Made by a program: the position numbers and the translations under genes
In this document: piece after piece, positions 1-6,408 of the stretch
Numbering within the stretch: position 1 is the stretch's first letter
How the letters are laid out: the number at the start of each line of letters is the position of its first letter
Notes under the pieces: generated by a model
Database searches by the model: none
Seen by the model: the letters and a program-made list of their open reading frames with translations, nothing else
What the model was told of the DNA's origin: nothing
From: a bacterium
Lineage (GTDB): Bacteria > RBG-13-61-14 > DATKZS01
Reading direction: 5' to 3'
Assembly (NCBI GenBank): GCA_046484135.1
Contig: JAWOBU010000172.1
Coordinates: forward strand, 1 to 10,549
DNA length: 10,549 bases

Positions 1-31
1 AATCAGATTCTTAGAAGGCGATCTGGAAGAC

Positions 32-230
32 GCGTTTAGCGCTTTCGGGCTACCAGCGGGGAAAGGGAAAAGGCCGGAACATGTCCGCCCCCCCCCGCTG
101 TTTAGCCACCAGCCTCGGCGCTCGGGTCGAACGCCTGCGTTGCCCTATCCTCCGAGCTGGCTTAGACAGCCTATCCCGGAGAAGGGAGGAGGTCAAGTTC
201 CCCGCTGGCAGCCTATCAAGCGATAAACGC
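32..230. ncRNA. Candidate structured RNA or MITE: ~199-nt imperfect rod-like hairpin with a central bubble
   Basis: GCGTTTA(32-38)/TAAACGC(224-230), CGCTT(40-44)/AAGCG(218-222) and GGGCTACCAGCGGGGAA(47-63)/TTCCCCGCTGGCAGCCT(198-214) pair. An inner stem pairs 97-118 with 152-170, and an apical stem spans 124-145. The pairing is seen directly; the identity is not established. Confidence 0.4.
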
Positions 231-324
231 ATGTTTTTGCTCAGGTACCAATAAACCGGATGAACCAAAAGTTTTGCATGCACGAGTCAAGGCGCCTACC
301 ATGAGATGAAAGAAGGAGGCTTAC

Positions 325-1329
325 ATGTCGGAGCTGCGCCGCGACCCGGTGGACGGAAGATGGGTGATCATCGCTTCGGAGCGAAGCAAACGCCCGATTG
401 ATTTTTACACGCACGAGTACGAGGAATCCTCCGCGGAAGGATGTCCTTTCTGTGAGGGAAACGAGTCCGAGACGCCGCCGGAGATTTTCGCCATCCGGGA
501 CAAGAACAGCGAACCAAACGGTCCCGGCTGGCAGGTCCGGGTCTTTCCCAACAAGTACCCTGCTCTCCGGATCGAGGACAAACTCTCCCGGGAAGGGGTG
601 GGCTACTTCGACCGGATGACCGGCGTGGGCGCGCACGAGGTCATCCTGGAAAGCCCGGACCATTACTCGGTTCGGTCCACCCTGTCCGATAAACAGATGG
701 AAAACATCTTCCGGACCTACCGGGAGAGGATAGTGGACCTGAGGAACGACCCGCGCTTGAAGTACGTCATGGTTTTCAAGAACTACGGGGACGCCGCGGG
801 CGCGAGCCTCGCCCACCCTCACTCCCAGCTTATCGCCCTTCCCATCCTTCCTCACCATATCGTGGAGGAGATGCAAGGCGCCAGGGAGTACTACGGCTAC
901 AAGGAGAGGTGCATCTTCTGCGACGTGATCCACCAGGAGACGGAGATGGACGAGCGGGTGGTCTGCCGGAACGACAGTTTTATCGCGCTGTGTCCGTGGG
1001 CCCCCATTTTCCCGTTCGAGGTCTGGATCATGCCCTGCACCCACGACTCCTGCTTCGAGGACAGCGACCCTGCCGAGCTCGGGATGCTGGCGGACATCTC
1101 CCTCGAAGTGCATAAAAGGCTGGACAAGGCCCTGCAAAGGCCTCACTACAACGCCATGCTCCATACCTCGCCTTTTGACGAGCAGTACAACTCCTACTAC
1201 CACTGGCACATCGAGATATTCCCCCGCCTCACCAAGACCGCAGGCTTCGAGTACGGCACCGGCTTCTACATAAACCCCGTTCCCCCCGAAGAAGCGGCAA
1301 AGTACCTCCGAGAGGTAAAGACAGACTGA
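325..1329 (+). CDS. galT: Galactose-1-phosphate uridylyltransferase / GalT-like HIT-family nucleotidyltransferase
   Basis: 334 aa. N-terminal ELRRDPVDGRWVIIASERSKRP, Zn motif CPFCEGNE, VFPNKYPAL, GAHEVI, catalytic FKNYG..AGASLAHPHSQ (HxH) and C-terminal HWHIEIFPRL..AGFEYGTG. RBS AAGGAGG at 313-319. Confidence 0.93.
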   Translation: MSELRRDPVDGRWVIIASERSKRPIDFYTHEYEESSAEGCPFCEGNESETPPEIFAIRDKNSEPNGPGWQVRVFPNKYPALRIEDKLSREGVGYFDRMTGVGAHEVILESPDHYSVRSTLSDKQMENIFRTYRERIVDLRNDPRLKYVMVFKNYGDAAGASLAHPHSQLIALPILPHHIVEEMQGAREYYGYKERCIFCDVIHQETEMDERVVCRNDSFIALCPWAPIFPFEVWIMPCTHDSCFEDSDPAELGMLADISLEVHKRLDKALQRPHYNAMLHTSPFDEQYNSYYHWHIEIFPRLTKTAGFEYGTGFYINPVPPEEAAKYLREVKTD

Positions 1330-1620
1330 AAGGGTCATGTCCATCGCTATGGGGTGAAGTTCCTTACAGGCGTAATTATACGGTCCTTGACAGTACGGCA
1401 AAGTTTGTGTTACCCCTCAATTTCCTCATGCGAGCGGCTTCAGTCGTTGCAATCTCCCTACCCCCTTCCCCCCATTTTATGGGTGGATCTGCAGAAACTT
1501 TTGCTGTTCTGTCGTTGTCAAGAGGGGTATATTGAATATAAATCGTAAGGTGGGGGTCTATAAAGAGAATCCTGAGGTTCAATCTGTTGTTCCCTGGAGA
1601 AGGGAAAGGAGGAACCAAAC

Positions 1621-1704
1621 ATGATCAAAAGGAAAGCGGGCAAAATTTTAGTTGGAAACGCGATGGCTATCTGTATAATGGCGGCCGTCAATATAAGTGT
1701 GTAG
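1621..1704 (+). CDS. Small ORF, 27 aa (MIKRKAGKILVGNAMAICIMAAVNISV), signal-peptide-like; small membrane peptide or gene remnant
   Basis: Perfect RBS AAGGAGG (1606-1612) 8 nt before ATG 1621; TAG at 1702-1704. Basic N-terminus followed by a hydrophobic stretch. Too short for the supplied ORF track. Confidence 0.45.
   Translation: MIKRKAGKILVGNAMAICIMAAVNISV
1652..1679 (+). promoter_or_regulatory. Putative sigma70 promoter for the DUF4412-like gene
   Basis: TTGGAA (1652-1657), 16-nt spacer, perfect TATAAT (1674-1679), about 63 nt upstream of ATG 1743. Confidence 0.4.
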
Positions 1705-1742
1705 CTGTCGTGAGATTATTAACGATGACAAGGAGGGTTTTC

Positions 1743-2585
1743 ATGTATCGTGTGCGATTTTTAACGGTGGGGTTGTTAACGGTTTTGGGACTCTTTTTCT
1801 GCACCGCGGCTTTCGGAGGCGTGGTTATCTTGAGCGAGGGCAAACAATACCGTTCTTCCCGTAAACAGAAGACCATGGAGACCAAGACGAAGACGTACAT
1901 CGGTGAAAAAGGGGTCAGGACGGAAAACTTTGTCATGAACAAGGACGCCCCTTCCATGTCCATGGTCTATCGTTACAACTCGGGGGATGATTTTTTACTG
2001 ATCCTCCATCACCGCGGCAAGTTTTACCAGAAGATGGACAGAGAAGACCTGGAGGAGATGGAAAAAAAGGCGGAAGAGACCCGGGGCAAGATGGAAGGGG
2101 CCATGAAAGACGCTCCTCCGGAAGTCCGGAAGCGGTACGAGAAGCAGATGGGAAAAAAAGGCAAGCAGGAGGAGTCGGAACAGAAGGTGGAGTTAAAGAA
2201 GGTAGAGACGGACGTCAAAGTCGGCGACTGGAGCTGTGATAAATATGAAGGGTACCGGGACGGCGACAAGATAAGCGAGGTGTGGGTAACCGAAGTTGCC
2301 GGCCTCAGCGAGGACGACTACGAGATGCTTTCGAACATGATGGATTTCATGGAAAAGATGAATGAAGTAAGCCGTAGCTTCCAAAAAGGCAAGGGGGACA
2401 AGCCTATAAACCAGGGGCGGTTTTTAAAAAAGGGTGTTTACCCGGTCAAGTGGATAAACTACAGTAACGGAAAAAAGACGAATGAATCGCGCCTGAAAAA
2501 GCTGGAAGAAAAAGACATCTCTTCTTCCCGGTTCGAAGTTCCGAAAGGATATGAGAAGCGGGAAAACCAGTTTCAGAAAAGGTAG
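1743..2585 (+). CDS. Secreted/periplasmic DUF4412-like protein (280 aa)
   Basis: Start reassigned from 1587 to ATG 1743, which has RBS AAGGAGG at 1730-1736 and a signal peptide (MYRVRFLTVGLLTVLGLFFCTAAFG). Motifs KVGDWSCDKYE, SEVWVT, GVYPVK and DISSSRFEVPKGYEK, plus a central helical insert, match my recollection of DUF4412 proteins. Confidence 0.75.
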   Translation: MYRVRFLTVGLLTVLGLFFCTAAFGGVVILSEGKQYRSSRKQKTMETKTKTYIGEKGVRTENFVMNKDAPSMSMVYRYNSGDDFLLILHHRGKFYQKMDREDLEEMEKKAEETRGKMEGAMKDAPPEVRKRYEKQMGKKGKQEESEQKVELKKVETDVKVGDWSCDKYEGYRDGDKISEVWVTEVAGLSEDDYEMLSNMMDFMEKMNEVSRSFQKGKGDKPINQGRFLKKGVYPVKWINYSNGKKTNESRLKKLEEKDISSSRFEVPKGYEKRENQFQKR

Positions 2586-2588
2586 TTC

Positions 2589-4211
2589 TCAAGGGCTGGC
2601 GCCGGCGGCTCCCCAGCGGCAGCGGAAGAGGACCATCCTGTTTCCCGCGGCCACCTGGTTGTCCGGTATGGTTATGATCTGGACGGGCGTAAATACGGGC
2701 CTGTTTTCGGTCAGTCCGGGGTACAAGGCGGGGAAGATTACCAGGTAGTCGGGCTTTTTCTTTTGCAAAAAGCGGTAGAGGTCGCGGGAGCGTTCGACGG
2801 TGGACCCTTTTCCGCTTACGTAAGGGACCACCTCGGGAGTTACGAGTCCCACCAGGTCGAGTATGCGGCGCTCCGAGTAATACCCCATGGCCCCGATGTC
2901 CTGGGTCGCCACCAGTGCCTCTTTGTCGGTCGAGCGATGAAGCCACTTTCCCAGCCGAACGTGAAGGCTGTTGATGTTGTCCGCCGAGTTGGCGGTGACT
3001 TCTGCCCAGCGCAAAACAGACCTGCCTTGTTGAAAGCCGACATGCCCTATCACCGCGCCCCCGATAAAAACAGCATAAAGCGCGTATGTCGCTCTTCTTC
3101 TCCATACTCCCTCTCCGGACGAGTCAGCCGCCTGCGCTTTCCGGGTAATAAACTTTGCCGAAAGGAGCGCGGAGATGATTATAAAAGGCAACACGGGTAT
3201 CTGGTAGCGGCAGAAGTGAAACGGCATGGGAGTAAGCGCCGCGGAAACCGCCAGGTACCCGACCGGCCACCCTAAAAGGAGCGCATCCTTGCCCGCCGGA
3301 AACGAAAGCCGTTCCCGCAGAATCCTGTACGCGCTCCCGCCGATTGCCGCCAGGAAAAACAGGGCCACCGCAGGGTTTCCGAGAAACAGGTAGACCGCGG
3401 TAAACCTGATGTAGCTCTCCCGGTACCAGGAGAAGTCGGCCTGTTTGGCCAGGAAGGTGCCGGGAAGCGGATGTCCGATGGTAACAAGGGAAAAGACCAT
3501 GTAAGGAAGGATTAACCCGATATACAAAAGTACGGGAACAATCGGCAGGGAAAACAGGAGGTCTCTACCGGTACTTGTTTTTTTCTCTCGGAGCGCGAGC
3601 AGGTAGTGGACAAGGACTCCGGCGAAAAGCAGGTATCCTTCCGGCCGCGCCAGTGAAGCCGCCCCGAACACCGCCGCGGTTAGAAGCCGCATCCTGCCTG
3701 TTTCCATGTCCTTTAAGTAAAGGATGAAGCCGGCAAGGGAGAGGGCGGCAAAAAGGTCGGTTTCCATTCCGCTCATGCCGGCCCACAGCATCCGGCCGTT
3801 GGCCAGGACCAGGCCGCCGGCCAGGAGCGACAGCCCCCGCCCGAGCTCGATCCGGCGGGCCAGCCCGTAAGCGAGAACTCCGGCGGCAAGATACGAGAGC
3901 ACCGACAGAACGATGGAGCTTTGCACCAGGACCTGCTTGGACCCGAAGGCCAGGGGAGTAAGAAGCAGGACCCACAACGGAGCAGTGGCGCCGGGCAGGG
4001 GCTCGCCCGGGTTGAAGGAAAAGCCGTGCCCGTGGGCCAGGTTCCGGGCGAACTGGAGGTGAATGAACGTGTCGTCCAGGGTGGGACCGGCGCCTCCCAT
4101 CTCCCGGAACTCGTAAACCAGGCACAGCCCGGCCAGTAAAAGGCCGACCGCGCACAAGAGCATTGAGTCCGGGATCAGACCCCTCCCGGTTGTTTGCGAC
4201 TCTTTGTCCAT
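2589..4211 (-). CDS. Polytopic membrane glycosyltransferase, GT-C superfamily (PMT/ArnT/AftB-like)
   Basis: The first loop after TM1 has the acidic DD motif LDDTFIHLQFARNLAHGHGFSFNPGEP.PGATAPLW. Also SGMET, LARPEG, RY..PVLP and C-terminal DIGAMGYYS..RILDLVGLV...KPDYLV, with many hydrophobic segments. The start is uncertain (ATG 4211 preferred; 4163 or 4274 possible). Confidence 0.8.
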   Translation of the reverse strand: MDKESQTTGRGLIPDSMLLCAVGLLLAGLCLVYEFREMGGAGPTLDDTFIHLQFARNLAHGHGFSFNPGEPLPGATAPLWVLLLTPLAFGSKQVLVQSSIVLSVLSYLAAGVLAYGLARRIELGRGLSLLAGGLVLANGRMLWAGMSGMETDLFAALSLAGFILYLKDMETGRMRLLTAAVFGAASLARPEGYLLFAGVLVHYLLALREKKTSTGRDLLFSLPIVPVLLYIGLILPYMVFSLVTIGHPLPGTFLAKQADFSWYRESYIRFTAVYLFLGNPAVALFFLAAIGGSAYRILRERLSFPAGKDALLLGWPVGYLAVSAALTPMPFHFCRYQIPVLPFIIISALLSAKFITRKAQAADSSGEGVWRRRATYALYAVFIGGAVIGHVGFQQGRSVLRWAEVTANSADNINSLHVRLGKWLHRSTDKEALVATQDIGAMGYYSERRILDLVGLVTPEVVPYVSGKGSTVERSRDLYRFLQKKKPDYLVIFPALYPGLTENRPVFTPVQIITIPDNQVAAGNRMVLFRCRWGAAGASP

Positions 4212-4386
4212 TTCGATTACCGAGGTTATGGTATCGGTTTTAACAAAAAGCGGCAACTCGATTAAAACCGGCAAACAAGGGAAACGGACATAGCAGGTGT
4301 GAGACCGGTTTGTGGGGCTTCGAGCGCTGCGATTGCCGGCTTTGCATGTTCGGATTAGAATGGGTTTCGGAGGATCGCTGAAGCGG

Positions 4387-4728
4387 ATGAAAAAGGAAAC
4401 GGTAAAATGCCATCACTGCGGCGAGCCCATAAAAACCAGGCGAGAGCTTGCGGTCATGAACGTGGCCCGTTGGATATTTCCGTTCCATAACGAGTGCGTG
4501 AAAAAAGCGCGGCCGCGGCTTTTGTTCAAGCTTCCCTTCAAGATAAACAGCGCACGGTTCTGGCTGAACCTCGCGCTCGTGAACGCCTTCATGCTCGCGC
4601 CCTTCCTGTTTCTGCCCGCGGAAAAGGCGACCCCCCTACTTTATATCCTTGTCATCGCAGACCTCATCATGGGCGGCTTCCGGTTTGCAAGCTACATAGC
4701 CTACGAACGGAACCTACCCCGGAATTAA
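4387..4728 (+). CDS. Small membrane protein with N-terminal putative Zn-binding motif (CxxC...HxxC) and two TM helices
   Basis: MKKETVKCHHCGEPI...FPFHNEC followed by two hydrophobic helices (FWLNLALVNAFMLAPFLFL, LLYILVIADLIMGGF). Start set at ATG 4387, with GGAGG at 4369-4373. Confidence 0.65.
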   Translation: MKKETVKCHHCGEPIKTRRELAVMNVARWIFPFHNECVKKARPRLLFKLPFKINSARFWLNLALVNAFMLAPFLFLPAEKATPLLYILVIADLIMGGFRFASYIAYERNLPRN

Positions 4729-4957
4729 GCACAGTCACCTGTTCCGGAAAAGTTCCACCCAGTCCTTTCCGGAAGTTGGCCCGTCACCCAACGAGTGGTG
4801 CTATCAGGATTGCCGAGAGGTGTGGTCCATCTGATAAGCAAGAGTCGGACGGGTCCGATTGGATTGGAAACGTAAGACAAACTTCCTGATTGCCGGAGAC
4901 GCTGATGGAGGCACTGACCGGTTATAAAAAATGAAAGAATTTCATCCGCGGCAGATA

Positions 4958-4987
4958 TTGACAAAGGTCCCTGCTGGAGATTAATGT
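4958..4987 (+). promoter_or_regulatory. Putative sigma70 promoter for the 5043/5874 gene pair
   Basis: Perfect TTGACA (4958-4963), 18-nt spacer, TAATGT (4982-4987) in an AT-rich patch. RBS GGGAGG at 5031-5036. Confidence 0.5.
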
Positions 4988-5042
4988 AATAATTAATCAG
5001 ATCAGGCTGGTTAATTTTAAAGACCGGGAAGGGAGGAAAATC

Positions 5043-5837
5043 ATGAGAAGACTATCGGTGAGTTTGACGGTGCTGTTGGTGCCTATCCTTGCCTTGTTCT
5101 GCCTGGAGGTCCAGACAAGAGGCGGGCAGGGCCAAGGTCAGGGAAAAGGCAAGGGGAAAGCCAAGTCCGAGAAGCAGGAAAAGGCGAAGCAGGACGAGAC
5201 CTCCGGGCAAGAGGCAGGCGCTGCCGAAGAGGAAGAAACGGCAGAAGCTGAGGAGGAGGAAAGCGAAGTCGGTAAAGGGAAAGGCGACAAAGCCGCAGGA
5301 GAAGGCAGAGGACGCGGGATGGACAAGTCCCGCGACAGAAGACGCGGAATGATGCGGGAAGACGACACCGGTACCGGACGAGGAATGAGAAAAGACAGAG
5401 CCGCAGGAGAAGGCAGAGGACGCGGGATGGACGAGGCCCGCGACAGAAGACGCGGAATGATGCGGGAAGACGACACCGGCACCGGACGAGGAATGAGAAG
5501 AGACAGAGCCGCAGGAGAAGGCAGAGCCCGCGGGATGGACGAGGCCCGTGGCAGAGGCATGGGTAAGGGACGAGGACGGGCCACTACCGAGGTGGACAAC
5601 CAGATGGCCAGGGAAATGAACAAACACCGCGAGCGGACGGCGCGTATCAATCGCACCATGGAGATGCTCGAGGCCAAGGGCAACGACCAGGCCGCGGCGG
5701 AGGCCCGGCAGCTTTTGCAAAAGGAGCGCCGGCGGCATCAACGCAAGATGAACGAGCTCAAACGCCGCAAGCAGGAGCCGATGGAGCGCGGCACACAGCG
5801 CACGGAAGAGCCCCAAGAAAAGGGAAGCCGGCAATAG
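5043..5837 (+). CDS. Secreted low-complexity Arg/Gly/Met-rich repeat protein with C-terminal helical domain
   Basis: 264 aa with an RBS and a signal peptide (MRRLSVSLTVLLVPILALFC...). It has a GQ/GK stretch, a Glu-rich block, 36-aa repeats and a basic amphipathic C-terminus (EMNKHRERTARINR...LLQKERRRHQRKM). Confidence 0.8.
   Translation: MRRLSVSLTVLLVPILALFCLEVQTRGGQGQGQGKGKGKAKSEKQEKAKQDETSGQEAGAAEEEETAEAEEEESEVGKGKGDKAAGEGRGRGMDKSRDRRRGMMREDDTGTGRGMRKDRAAGEGRGRGMDEARDRRRGMMREDDTGTGRGMRRDRAAGEGRARGMDEARGRGMGKGRGRATTEVDNQMAREMNKHRERTARINRTMEMLEAKGNDQAAAEARQLLQKERRRHQRKMNELKRRKQEPMERGTQRTEEPQEKGSRQ
5286..5548 (+). repeat. In-frame 108-bp tandem repeat, about 2.4 copies
   Basis: AGCCGCAGGAGAAGGCAGAG starts at 5291, 5399 and 5507. 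The unit encodes AAGEGRGRGMD(K/E)(S/A)RDRRRGMMREDDTGTGRGMR(K/R)DR, with only a few substitutions between copies. Confidence 0.95.
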
Positions 5838-5873
5838 CAATCAGCTTGCCGTATCCGATCAGGGAGGAGAGCA

Positions 5874-6098
5874 ATGAAAAAGTTTATCTGTTTTGTGGCA
5901 ATGGTTTTGATCGCCTCCGGTGTCTGGCTGGGATGCGAGAGTGATAAGTCGGACACGGAAAGCGTCCGGCCGGCCGCCGAGGCGGTCGAGGTCAAGTCTT
6001 CGGAGACTTATGAAAAAGATGCCGAGGAGGAGATCACCGAGGAGAACGCGGAAGAGGAGCTGGAGAGACTGAAAAAGGAGCTTGAAACGGACGAGTAA
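5874..6098 (+). CDS. Small acidic lipoprotein (74 aa)
   Basis: RBS GGGAGGAG, MKK plus hydrophobic core plus lipobox-like WLG-C(21). The mature part is strongly Glu/Asp-rich with a C-terminal amphipathic helix (AEEELERLKKELETDE). Confidence 0.8.
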   Translation: MKKFICFVAMVLIASGVWLGCESDKSDTESVRPAAEAVEVKSSETYEKDAEEEITEENAEEELERLKKELETDE

Positions 6099-6120
6099 GT
6101 TTTTATTGTCGCAATCTTCC

Positions 6121-6160
6121 AGCGGGGTCCCCGGCCTTATCCGGAGGCCCCGCTTGTTTA
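6121..6160 (+). terminator. Probable intrinsic terminator after the lipoprotein gene
   Basis: Stem AGCGGGGTC-C-CCGG(6121-6134)/CCGG-A-GGCCCCGCT(6141-6154), loop CCTTAT, followed by TGTTTA, 22 nt after the stop. The U-tract is weak. Confidence 0.55.
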
Positions 6161-6203
6161 TGGGGGCTTACGACATGTAAGGGGGCTTTAGGGAACTACA
6201 CCC
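6142..6203. repeat. 62-bp direct repeat A, copy 1
   Basis: 59/62 identical to 6500-6561; contains the palindrome CTTAC-GACAT-GTAAG. Confidence 0.92.
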
Positions 6204-6260
6204 CGCCACTTCCCTGGGAGCGCCAGGCGGAAGCCCGGCTCTTGAAAAGCGCAGGATGGA

Positions 6261-6308
6261 TCGGTACCCCGGATAGCTCGACTATCCGGGTGCCCCTGGC
6301 ACAGGATG
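6261..6308. repeat. Bipartite hairpin repeat B, copy 1
   Basis: TCGGTACCCCGGAT(A/G)GCT is at 6261-6278 and 6409-6426 (17/18). CCGGGTGCCCCTGGCACAGGATG (6286-6308) aligns with CCGGGCGCCCTTCGGCACAGAATG (6444-6467). Confidence 0.75.
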
Positions 6309-6408
6309 GTTTCATCCTGCGGCTTTTCGCTTCCGACCCCTCTTGTCTCACGCAAAGACGCAAAGTTTTTAATTATTGTTTCTAGAGACTTAAGCATTGT
6401 GAATTCTT

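Noticed and set aside
241..1401. 386-aa minus-strand ORF
   Set aside because: Antisense shadow of galT, as expected with GC-rich codon bias; no recognisable motifs.
1702..1713. Amber (pyrrolysine) readthrough of the sORF TAG, considered because mttB genes are nearby
   Set aside because: Readthrough adds only TAG-CTG-TCG before TGA, and there are no pyl genes in the window.
1587..1742. N-terminal 52 codons of the 332-aa ORF as supplied
   Set aside because: The TTG start lacks a good RBS. ATG 1743 has AAGGAGG and begins a clean signal peptide.
4800..4920. SAM-I or other riboswitch suggested by CTATCAGGA...CTGATAAG
   Set aside because: Too short, lacks the GCAAC and GTGC core elements, and lies upstream of the predicted promoter rather than in a leader.
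5286..5548. CRISPR array interpretation of the repeats
   Set aside because: Contiguous 108-bp in-frame coding repeats with no unique spacers, and no cas genes.
5052..5840. Minus-strand ORFs of 262 and 181 aa
   Set aside because: Antisense frames of the purine-rich repeat gene; only the + frame has an RBS and signal peptide.
6350..6370. c-di-GMP-I riboswitch suggested by GACGCAAAG
   Set aside because: No upstream GGCAAAC/GNRA stem or downstream P2 receptor. It is better explained as an 8-mer tandem repeat, and it is not in a 5' UTR.
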